Positions 36,139-47,164 of a stretch of 64,000 nucleotides of DNA are shown one piece after another. The position numbers and the translations under genes were made by a program. Positions within the stretch are counted from its first letter, which is position 1. Each line of letters opens with the position of its first letter. A model generated the notes under the pieces. The model did not search any database and was not told the DNA's origin. It saw only the letters and a program-made list of their open reading frames with translations. The DNA comes from Balanoglossus misakiensis (Eukaryota; Animalia; Hemichordata). The DNA is taken from assembly GCA_040954595.2 (NCBI GenBank), contig CM082587.2:5630206-5694205 (forward strand). The letters are read 5' to 3'.

Positions 36139-39100
36139 ATGACCGGTTCTGCCTTGACTGTTTTGGCCACCTTCCGCGATTGGTGTCTGCTGCGTGCCGA
36201 TGTTGTAATCGTCGCCATAGCCGTCGCCCTTATTGGTAGCGTTGCTGTCAAATTCGTCAAGTTATTCCAACGAAAGAAGCAACTGGAGCGAACTTTTCAC
36301 GCGTTCGGATCGCCCCCACCACATTGGCTGTTTGGACATTTGCTCATAGTAAGTAGAACGAGAAACCCTAGGGGTGAGTACGGTACGGGATTGTGTAGCC
36401 TAGCTAGCATATCCTGAGAAAGCCTTCTTTGCTGTCAAAAGCAGCTGGGTGAAGACCGTAACCTTTCACCACTTTGTCCGCCATACCGTAACCTTTCACC
36501 ACTTTGTCCGCCATACATGTGTCTAAATCGATGATTAACCCCGCACCATACTCGCATCCCTTGTTTTATTGGAATTTGAGATGTTTCTCGTCATGTTATA
36601 TAACACACATAAATGCTGCTGTGGTTCCTATGGATACACCCCACAATGACACATTTATGTCGTTTCGACAGCATTCGGGTGACGAGAAGAGTTTTCGGCA
36701 TCAGAGTAACTTAGCATCTGATTATGGTACCTGCTACAAGTTGTGGATTGGTCCATTCACGTGTATGTTGACCCTGACTCATCCCGATTCCATTAAGCAG
36801 CTGACTGCCACTGCAGGTAGGTAATCCACTCGTGTCAGTTCAGTTGTTGCGACTGAAGGAAACGCCAACCATTCCAAACACCAGTCACCATACACCCCTT
36901 TCATAAGTACATCGCCCTCACACAGCCATCATGATTTTGAACTCAATGGGGAAAAGTTGACCAATCACAACAAGGCGGTTTATGATCGCACTTATGTAGA
37001 AATCGTTCAAGATGATCCGTGTTCAAAGCACTCGCAAATCTTGTCATCCCAGTGCAGAAGCTGATCATAGTTTGCCGGAGTTTTCTCTTCACTTTTCCAT
37101 ATCGACATTGGCACTATCATGACGACGTCGGCAAGGCAACTCTTTTTATCCAGAGTAGTTATTGATATACTTTTCATATCCGAATAAAGGGAAATATCAT
37201 TCCCGTTAATGAAACAGACAGCTGTTGCCACAATCAATGACGTAACTATAATGGCATTTCAGAGCCCAAAGGTGACTATCTATACGACATGGTGCGTCCG
37301 TGGCTCGGTGACGGGTTGCTGTTGAGCGGAGGAAAGAAATGGGCCCGGAACAGGAGGCTGCTGACCCCTGGTTTTCATTTCGATATTCTGAAACCCTACG
37401 TCGGCATCTTCCGGGAGTCGGCGCAAATTATGCTGGTAAGGCTTCCCGTGCACGTTATCCAGAAATGCCGCTAATATACGCGTCCCGCTGAGGATGCTTT
37501 CACTTCTCCCTTCAACAAACCTTCAAACAAAAGAACGACATTAATGTCTCGCTAATTTGCATATTGTTTTCATCACCTGTTAGCTCGCTCTCGTACAAAA
37601 CTTGAACACATGCGCAGTTGGCGTCACTTTTATTCAGAAGTCATTGTAAATGGGGCCGATTTTTCAGCCTGGCTTTTTTACACCTTTTCGTCGTATTTGC
37701 TGCAGTCCACCCTAGGGTCTATGATCGCACTAAATATTTTAACACAGGATAAGTGGGCGGACATGGACCACAGCCAATCGTTTGACATCCAAAGCCACAT
37801 CAGTCTAATGACACTGGACAGTCTCCTGAAGTGCATCTTTAGTTTTGAAAGCAACTGTCAAACTTCCAAGTAAGTGCATTTATATCGTCACTCTAGCATT
37901 TACAGTGTTGAATCGGGTATAACACTATAAGCCTTCCAATGTATCATGTTGTATCCAAGGGCTGGAATCGCGTCGCCGTTCAAAAAAATGCTTGGAGGAT
38001 CATGAAAAGGAAACACGACAACCCAAATTATGAGATTTTGTTGTGATAAACAATACAAACAAAGAACGACAGTTTTAAAACTCTTTAAAGGGAGGTGCTC
38101 GCAAAATATAAGGACGACATTTGTAATGCGTGTCATATTACGACTAATTACACGATCAACGATCTGGTACGTTTTCACTTAGTAAGTTGTGCAAACAATG
38201 CACAATTGTCAAAAGAATAAAAAGTCGCATTTCTTTTATTCCCGCAGAGAAGACCCGTACATCAAATCTGTGTATCTGCTAGCCAAACTCGTTCAAACAA
38301 GATTCGGTTTCTTGCCTTATCTGAGCGACACGATATTCTACAACAGTTACCATGGCTACAAGTTTAAGAAGGCCTGCGACTTTGTTCACGCGAAAGCCAG
38401 ACACGTCATTGAAGAACGGCGGCAGAACCTCGCATCTGAGCAGTTGCAACGGATAGATGAGAAGCAAAACAAGAGAAAATACCTAGATTTTTTGGATATA
38501 CTTCTTTCTACAAGAGTATGTATTATACGTCTTGGAATAGACATTTATGTTCGGCCCTGATAACTAAAGTGCGCCAACACATGGTCGTTCGAAGTCTTAG
38601 GCATGCCCTCTGGCCATATATTTGCATATGTAAATTAGACGTGACGGTATTTCTTTTAATGAACGTATAACTGAGTACATAGGGGAGAGATAATTGGGTG
38701 AGTATGTAACTGTCATTGTTTCTGCTTGCGTGTTAGGATGAAGATGGCAAAGGTCTGACGGATGAGGAGATTAGAGATGAGGTGGACACGTTCATGTTTG
38801 AGGGTCACGACACCACAGCTAGCGGAACGTCCTGGATACTGTACAACCTCGCCAGGCACCCCGAGTATCAGGAGAAATGCCGGGTGGAGATTGATGAGTT
38901 GATGGAGAGTAAGGAAGAGAAGGTCTTTGAGTGGTAAGGCTGGTTTGGTTTGGTGTGGTGTGGTGTGGTAGGGTGTGGTGTGGTGTCACTGTGGTATTAC
39001 CATTGCAAGCAAGACGTGCATTGTGGCTTAATTGTCACTCTCTATAAAGACTCGCGTCATGATTTCAATTGCAGGGACGACTTGAGCAAACTACCGTACA

Positions 39101-40028
39101 CCACCATGTGTATTAAGGAGAGTCTTCGTCTTCATCCGCCCGTGCCTTACATAGCAAGAAGACTCACAAAACCGTTCGTGTTACCCGATGGACGCAGCTT
39201 ACCAGCAGGTACACGCACTCACATGTGCCCGAACGGCCTCTGTAGTATACTATATGATTTGGCTATTACATGTATTCCTTACGGTATATCTGCAAGATAT
39301 ACCTAATATTTTTATATAACTTTCGCCGTGATAATTTCTTCCACTGTATCGTGTACAGTGGTTCAACAGACTTGTGGATTCTAATGGACAAATGCTTCGA
39401 CGATGTGGGATCATCCGACGTAAAATTGTACATAGCTTTTCCTCACACATTTTGTCTAATTTCTGATTTCGATTTCCTCAAGGTCACATGGTTGGTATCA
39501 GTGTCTTTTGTTGCCATCACAACGCCAACGTCTGGCCAGACCCGGATGTGTACGATCCCGAACGATTCTCGCCGGAAAACACTAAAGATCGCTCCCCGTA
39601 CGCCTTCGTACCGTTTTCTGCCGGTCCAAGGTAAGATATGGGAGCCTCTTGCAGAACTCGGGTGTCGTGTTCCAACATTCCACAGTGAAAATGCCATCAA
39701 CAAGGTTTTCAGGACAATCTTAAACTGAAGAAACTACGAGTGATATATTGTACCACTTATGATGGCATAGCTTCTTGGCTTAATGCCAGAGTGCTCTTAG
39801 TGGCAGGTCAGTGATAAAATAGGAATTCGCATTTCATCTTTTTTTTCTCACAGAAACTGCATCGGGCAACACTTTGCCATGAACGAGCTGAAAGTGGCCG
39901 TTGCTATGACGATTCATCGGTTTCGTTTGTCTGTGGATGAGAATAAAGAGGTCAGCCGGATCAATCAGCTGGTGTTGCGGTCCAAGACAGGACTTAATCT
40001 ATACATCAAACCGAGGGAGGGGCTGTAA
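36139..40028 (+). CDS. Cytochrome P450, CYP4 family (CYP4F/CYP4B-like fatty-acid omega-hydroxylase), 9 exons
   Basis: Exons 36139-36348, 36672-36817, 37263-37435, 37748-37869, 38248-38515, 38737-38933, 39075-39208, 39483-39630, 39854-40028. Motifs: [28 protein letters not shown]-helix [13 protein letters not shown] (CYP4 signature), K-helix KESLR, PERF, and heme loop PFSAGPRNCIG. Confidence 0.93.
36455..36514. repeat. 30 bp tandem duplication in CYP4 intron 1
   Basis: accgtaacctttcaccactttgtccgccat appears twice in tandem. Confidence 0.9.
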
Positions 40029-40571
40029 CCGCTTCTTAGCTCTGCCCCCCCCCCCCGTACAAAAAGTTCCGACCGTACCTTACCCACAACCACACACATT
40101 GGGGATGGAATGAACCTTGTTTGAGTAAAGATTGCACTTTAACTCGCCATTACAGAACACCGCCAGTATATAATATGTAAAAAATAATCGCCTCTTCACA
40201 TCTCTCCCCAAATTGCTGAAAACAAGTACGTGTATTTCGGCCACAGAATTAAGTCCACTGTAGAGATTCGAGAAATGAATTTAATTTTGTCTGAGTTCAG
40301 TTGGTGATTTTTTCGCTAAAGGATCTCCGAATTGTTTGACCTATACATAAACTTGCTTTCACAAAATGTGCATGGTTATCACATATCATAGGCTTAGGCC
40401 TACATGTAGAATTTTTGAGGAAACAGTGTTACAATATTGTGATTTTTTTTAAATTTTCACAAAAGTTGCCAAAAGAGAAGTATTAAATGGTAGAAAGAAA
40501 ACACTATGTCACCATGCTTGATTTTTTGATAGAGCTGTTGAGATGTCCGGCCAGTTTTTCGTCTTTGCCGT

Positions 40572-42452
40572 TCACAGTATTACGCAGACCTGGCTGACAT
40601 TTGGGTCAGGTTTATTGTCCGGGCGACGAGACTTGTTCAAGGTGGCGCTGCGCCTCCCGGTCATGGACGTGCTTGAAGGCGCCTCCTCGTACATGATGAC
40701 GTCGTTGCTCCCGTGTCGCGTCACCAGGAGCCTCGCACCGCCCGCCGCCGAGTTCGACACCGCGATGCCGTAGGTCATGGACGCCACCGACTCCCGCGAC
40801 ACGACCTGGGTGAGGTGGGTGCCGCACGAGTTGTACAGCTGCACCCCGGTGCTGTTGTTCACGTACAGACAGTCCCTCGTGTCCACGGCCACCCCGCTGG
40901 GCGTCCCCAGGGGCTCGCCGCCTGCCGCGGCCGTGATCTCGAAGGCGAAGTCTCCGTCCCGGTTCAGAACTTGAATCCGATTGTTCCCGTAGTCGGAGAC
41001 GATAACTTGATCTTGGCTGTTCACGGCCAAGTACATCGGTTTGTTGAACTCTCCCCTGCCGTTGCCCGGTTTCCCGATGGTGGTGACCCGGGAAACGTTC
41101 ATGAATACGCCGCTTACTTTGTAGACGGTGATGTCGTGCGATCCACTGTTGGCGACGTAGACCTTCCGCGTGCTCGACACGCCCACCCCAATCGGCGCGC
41201 TGAGCTCATTCTTGCCGAAGTGCTTCCTCACAGAGCCCGAGATGTCGACGATATAGGCGAGATTGTTGACGAAATCCGACACGACAAAAAGCACCTTCAC
41301 GTCAGTCTCGCTGAAAACGGCCAAGTCATAAATTTGGCTTGGTCGCAGAGGGCCGACGCTTGAAGACGTGTGCTTTACCTCCGAACTCATCCTCAGTCTT
41401 TGGTCGGCCTCGCTGAAGTAGTTCAAGAATCTGCCGCCACAGACTGCTATGTCGCCGTCTCTGAAGAAGGCGACGCACGTCGGGGTTTTCATCCCCAGCG
41501 AGAAGTCCTGCCGATGTTCAAACCGCGGCACGAACGCAACGTCGCCTCTCACGCGCCCGACCGAGTTGCAGGAGAGTGTCTGGATGAAATCGCTCGGTGT
41601 GAACTCAAGGGTCGGGGGTGCGTTCCGACTGTACGGGTGTACGACGCCTGCCTTCAACTCTTGCGGGGACTTCAAGTTAGCTTGCTGGAGCCGTTGGATG
41701 AACGCCGTTGCGCGCGTTTCGCCCATCAGAGCGCTGCTCTTCGAGAGGTCGTCGTTGTACGATTCCAGCGAAATTTTCCACTTGTCCCGGGTGCCTTGCA
41801 AGTGGCCGATCTGCTCCGTGTGTTTCCCTTGGAGTTCGGCGAGCAGGGCGTCGCCGTCGGACCGCACACGCTGGGCTAGCAGCGTCGCTTGCTCGGCGAT
41901 CGCGTCGCCGACGGCTTTTCTGTCGCGGTCCAGCTGCGGAAAGAGTTCATCGATGTACGCGACGTTGGCTTCCACCTGTTGCTTGTTGGCCTCCAGCATC
42001 CTCCGCTGGATGCCCAAGTTAGCGCTGTTGATGCGAAGGAAGTCGACCAGCTGCTGCGTGCTGTGGGCCGGGCGCCTGTGCTCGTCTCCCAGACACAGCG
42101 AGCACACGGCCACACTGCAGGTGTTACAGAAGACGTCCAGCTCCTTTTGGTGGGTCGGACACATCTCGGAATCCTCGATGCCAAACTTCCCGCGTCCTTT
42201 AGTCTGCCCTTCCCTGCCGAGCGACGCTATCAAGTTCTGGTCTTGCCGGAATCCCCCGACGCCTTCCTCGGGCACTGCGCTAAGTTTTGCGCACGTGGGA
42301 CAAGGCAGCTTGTGCTGCTTCGTCATCGGGTCCGACCACAGCTCGAGACAGGTCAGGCAGAAAGAGTGACCGCACGACAGGGCCCTCGGGTCGCTGAACG
42401 CCATAGCACAGATCGCACACAGGATCGGTGGGGTTTCCTCGGTTGTCGACAT
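40572..42452 (-). CDS. TRIM-NHL E3 ubiquitin ligase (C3HC4 RING, B-box 2, coiled coil, NHL propeller, no filamin domain), single coding exon, C-terminal CVIL
   Basis: 626 aa ORF. RING CAIC..CGHSFC..C..CPTC; B-box CPTH..FCNTCSVAVCSLC..H; NHL repeats (GKPGNGRGEFNKPMYLAVNSQDQVIVSDYGNNRIQV, PSGVAVD). An acceptor-like ttccag about 37 nt upstream of the ATG suggests a non-coding first exon. Confidence 0.9.
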   Translation of the reverse strand: MSTTEETPPILCAICAMAFSDPRALSCGHSFCLTCLELWSDPMTKQHKLPCPTCAKLSAVPEEGVGGFRQDQNLIASLGREGQTKGRGKFGIEDSEMCPTHQKELDVFCNTCSVAVCSLCLGDEHRRPAHSTQQLVDFLRINSANLGIQRRMLEANKQQVEANVAYIDELFPQLDRDRKAVGDAIAEQATLLAQRVRSDGDALLAELQGKHTEQIGHLQGTRDKWKISLESYNDDLSKSSALMGETRATAFIQRLQQANLKSPQELKAGVVHPYSRNAPPTLEFTPSDFIQTLSCNSVGRVRGDVAFVPRFEHRQDFSLGMKTPTCVAFFRDGDIAVCGGRFLNYFSEADQRLRMSSEVKHTSSSVGPLRPSQIYDLAVFSETDVKVLFVVSDFVNNLAYIVDISGSVRKHFGKNELSAPIGVGVSSTRKVYVANSGSHDITVYKVSGVFMNVSRVTTIGKPGNGRGEFNKPMYLAVNSQDQVIVSDYGNNRIQVLNRDGDFAFEITAAAGGEPLGTPSGVAVDTRDCLYVNNSTGVQLYNSCGTHLTQVVSRESVASMTYGIAVSNSAAGGARLLVTRHGSNDVIMYEEAPSSTSMTGRRSATLNKSRRPDNKPDPNVSQVCVIL

Positions 42453-44507
42453 CTTTCAGCTGGGCGGTGATTTTTTTTTCACGTACACCTGGAATTGAAT
42501 GACAAGATCGCATGATGGGAAAAATAGCTATGATGTGCGTACGCAGTTGATGCACTGAAGCCCGTGCGCCATGTGTAAACACGTACGTCGGGCGTTTACC
42601 CCGGTCGTGATGACAACATCCCTGTACAAAGTCTGGACAGATGTCGGGATATCGATCGCCATCATTAAAGTAACACGTCAGTATTTACTGAACGTAAAAG
42701 GAATTTGTACCAAGGCATATATATGCGTTTATTTCTATTGAGTTCTCGGTCGTTAGAATGATATAAATATAATCCTCAAAATACGTCGCGATGGTAGTAA
42801 TGTCAGTCTGAAAGATCGATCGATATAATACTAATTGGAAAAGATAATACCTGGAATATAATATCTAAACATAGCAACCTGCGCTAGTCAAGTTCTCCAT
42901 GGACAGCGTGTGTATCGTGCACAACGCTGGAATTTGTGTTGTTGGTTTATGATATGTTGGTCTTTCAGCGTACAGCAACACTCGTTCGGGTATTCGGGCG
43001 ACTTTTCGTCTAGTGTCAGTGATCTGATCAATGGCCTGATTCAATCGCATGATTTGGTGGGTGGGTGGGTGTGTGGGGAGGGGGGTATATTGCCATGTTT
43101 TTGACATCTAATGTGATCCTAAGTTCTTTTCGCAACACAGCAAGGGCTAAAGTAATGAATTCGAAGAAACTACTGACGTAAAAGAATATCCTATCTGCAA
43201 ATTCCGGTGCGGGTTCAAAATTTAAAAATGCATACAAGTTTTGCGATTCCTCGACTGTTAATCCAGGTGACAGACTTCTTCGTTTCAGTGTACGTATTAA
43301 ACTGTTTCTGAGTCGATCTTGATGAACAGCAAACATATAATGGTATCTATTATTTACCTGGGGAATAAATTGAGAAATACAACCTTCAGAAATGTCCCAC
43401 GCACTGCACCCGCCCGTCCGCCGTCCCTGGGACCCTCCGCCGGCAACTGTTCGACTTTCTTGCGAATCGAACGCATGTGCGCAATAGTGATGTTTACACT
43501 GGTTACTATGACAACACACCTCGCCGATGTTTAGCCCGTGTGCTAATCAAGATGTCCACCGTTTAAATTAAGTCTCAAATAACCAATGCAAACAAAACGG
43601 TTAAGAACTACCAGGCTTCTACACATATTGAATATATCTCGCCTACGTCCCTTACGTGGATGCAAACGTACATGCGAACAGAGCTTGCTAACAAACATTT
43701 AAAAAAATAATACACACCTTGTTGTAAAGAAAAAGGATTCCGATTCACCGCTTGTACTCCGCGCAAAAACACGAAATAATATTAAAACCAACGGAGGACT
43801 GGACGGAGAAAAAAGATTACGAAGCCCGTGGTCCGATCACGACAACTGGTGCCGTTCTCGCACAGCTCTAGACATTAAGTGGCCGGTTACTGAAACACGT
43901 CAACAACATGTTTGGACCAAGTTCCTTGACGACAAAATGCTTGTAGGCTGTATTTCACGGTTGGCAAAAACACAAAAACCGCCGAGCGATGACTGAACTC
44001 GTCAATATACGGAATAAACATTAACCAGTGCGTCAAGTCATTTATTGGTTAATATAGGATGTTATATCAGTGTCCGGATCTCCGGTTGATCTTTAACCTC
44101 GAAACGGCATACCACTTCAGCCTGCGCTCGTATTTAAATATATACGCAGATGTCATTCCAGAATCATAATGTGATCAAACCCTGTATTTGGTTAGAGAAC
44201 TTCAGCCGGAATTAAGAAATACGACATAATTAAAACAATTGATTTGATTGTACTTATAATTTCCCTTAGCATAGTTATGAGGGAATTATTATGAGAGAAT
44301 TATTATGGGTTTGTCGACACAAATGTCCATGATTTATGTAAACATGGAATTTCAGATGACAGACTATCCCAGCCCCAGATGCACGTTGCTTGGCCCACGT
44401 ACACGTGACTATTATAGGCCAGGTTCCTCTTCAACGTATCTTGAGCTGGACAAATGTATGACAGTGGGCAGTGTTGTTATATCTTTTGTTAACGCCGTAT
44501 TTACATC

Positions 44508-46730
44508 TCACTGTCTACAACTATCATGGGTCACATCCAGCGTTCTGAAGTCCCTCCACGTGGGCGGAAGGTTACCATTCAGGTATTTACCACATCGGTG
44601 GCAGGGCGTGGCAAATAGACTGGTGTAGCTGCGCAGCCAGGTCTGTGAATGTGAATGACACGAGCGGAGTCAAGCTTATACATTTACAGTCAAACACGAA
44701 CAGTGGAAATCTTTGCGACACTGACACCTTAGTTTTGTGTGCACACTAGCACTGTTCTTGTTGGTAACTTAAATTCAGAGATGCACAAGTTGTGGGAAGC
44801 ACTGTTTGACCGTCATCACTTACCATGAACGACTTGATGGCAATTTCCGGCATCAGAGGCAGGTGATAGTGCAACATGGCCGCCATGGCGTGATCTGTGA
44901 GCTGTACAAGGGCACAAGACACTATTATAGCATTCTGACACTACATCAGTTCGTCCTATTGACTCTCTCTTTGTCTTCGCATGCTGCCCCTTCTGCATTC
45001 CCCTGTGTATGTACCTGTCTGTGCTGGAACTCTTCCTGTTGTGTTCCTTTATTTGTTTGTGTTTGTTTGTTTTTTATTTGTTTGTTTGCTGGTTGATCTC
45101 TTTATCTGTTTGTTTGGTTTTTGTATTATTTATTTGTCTGCTTTTTCTCATACATAGTGAACTGCGAACCCCATTTTCGTGATATATGAATACATGTCTG
45201 CATGAATGAATACGAGCGATGAAACCTGCTTACCTTCTGAAAAACCTGGTATCTTGAAGGAGTCCACAGATCCAGCTGGCCGTCGTCTTTGTGAGAGTTT
45301 TCGTGGTAACCTCTGACAACGACCCTCTCGATGAGAAGACCGCGGAGAACTACGATGGCACTCAGCGTTCTCCCGACAGTCACCTGGGAATCGTTGAAGT
45401 GGGAAAGAGAGCGTAACAACATCAGACTCAGCATGTGAATGTTTCTCACGCTGTTCTGCGAGGCTTTGTTTCATAACACCTTTTTCAATGCTGAGAAATA
45501 CTTACAGGCCTTGCCCAACAGTGGGTCACATCTTTTGTTTCTGATAAACAGTTGCGGGCTTACACAAAGGCTTTCTTGTTTGCCTTTATTTCATTGCCCT
45601 GGGATCAAGGAAAAGGCCTTTAACTGAATATGGGTATGAGAAAATTCACCTGCAGGACGGCTCCAGCACCCTTGGGTCTGTTCACTGTGATCGACATATC
45701 CGGGAACAGTCGGACCAGATTGGCCACAATGGCATCCACTACACTGCAAACCAACGGGAACACGATCAAAATCACTTTCATGTCACAGGTTCAATGTCAT
45801 TGGCTTTGCACGTATAATGTGCACAGTACAGAGGGTAAGCTTCTCCCTGAGCAATGTTTTTTCTTCAATGATCAATTATTTCCCCCACATGCAGCACGTA
45901 AGCCTCCTCCATCATGACGAAACATATCTCCACTTTGACAACTGAAAACAGTTGGGTTTTAACTGCCACAATGAAAGAAATAAAAACCTACTGAGGTGGT
46001 ATAGCGTGGCTGGTTGGTGTAGGTTTTCTTCTCTTGGCCGACAATCCTGTGGCCACCGATGTCCTCTTCAAGGAATTCTGTGCCAGCATCGAACTGGCCA
46101 GGCTGCTGTGTGTTTGCACCTGGTCGTACAAAAAGAAGAAATGGCATGACTTGAGAATGTCGCACTAAAAAGCGATTCACATCACATTTGACACACAATT
46201 CTAATCTTTCCACTATCGCTCTTCCAAGTTGAACATTGTTATCATATTTGACTCTGTGAATGGCAGGTGATGTCGCAACTGTGGAAATGTCTCAAGCATG
46301 CCATACCTTGGTAGACCATTTGTACGTCTGTAGAAGCTGTGTGTAGAGGGGTGTTTTATCTTGCACTGGGTCCAGACTGAGCAGGCCACTGTTGCCCATT
46401 GGAATGGTATCGTTGAACTTCTGCAGAGAAGAAGTTAGTTTTTCCAGTTCACTGCAAGACAAGAAACAAAAAAATGTATATGTACATTCAACTGAAATGC
46501 TATGATTTTCCATACATGTGCATACAGCTAAGCACCCACCTGAAATCGTCGTTCACAGCAGTTAAGTCTTGTTTCAATTCCGAAACAAACGCGCTCTCCT
46601 TAGTGACCTCGCCCTTGGTACTTTTAACTCCATCTTTAAGATGAGTAAACACTCGTGTTACACTCGATCTCAGCTTTTGAACGGCGGAAAGCGCTGCGTT
46701 TATTGTCTCCAAGTTGTTGCTGTCCGCCAT
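44508..46730 (-). CDS. MED27: Mediator of RNA polymerase II transcription subunit 27, 7 exons
   Basis: Exons 46730-46540, 46451-46307, 46119-45992, 45743-45650, 45383-45234, 44901-44824, 44642-44508. Contains NSGLLSLDPVQDKTPLYTQLLQTYKWS, DGQLDLWTPSRYQVFQK and TWLRSYTSLFATPCHRCGKYL..LPPTWRDFRTL..HDSCRQ*, closely matching MED27. Confidence 0.96.
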
Positions 46731-47164
46731 CTTAGTTAGGGCTCCCTATCGTTCTTTAAAAATATCAGTTGAGAATAACAGCGCCCTCTGCAGCTGCAGC
46801 AATGAATGTTTGTCATTTCGCTGGCAAATTCTATTGGAAAAGTATTAGCAAGTAAGCGAGTGAGGCCGAATATCAGCAAACGAGCGGTTACGTAATTAAA
46901 TGTAGTTTCATTTGAAAGTCCTCTGCTACACGCGTGGTTTCTCTTTGATACACAGTGGCCTTGGGAATGGTCTTTTTCCCCGCACTGCAGAAGTCGTAAA
47001 ATACAGAAGTAGGCCTACATGTAAAGCAATAGATGATAGACCGTCCGATCAGGTGACAGACGAGATAATAGAAGTCGAATCGGGTGTATTGATCTGTTTA
47101 CATAACAGAACCTACATCACCACATACAAATACTGCCGATCTGGGATAGACTCGGCCGCACAAA
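46731..47164. promoter_or_regulatory. Bidirectional promoter MED27/NAAA
   Basis: Only ~435 bp separate the divergent ATGs. A YY1-like AAGATGGCGG overlaps the MED27 start, and a CCAAT-like attgg lies at ~46833. Confidence 0.6.

Noticed and set aside
40713-42470. Long plus-strand ORFs (216, 169, 306 and 193 aa) opposite the TRIM gene
   Set aside because: Antisense shadows of a GC-rich coding exon; no recognisable domains.
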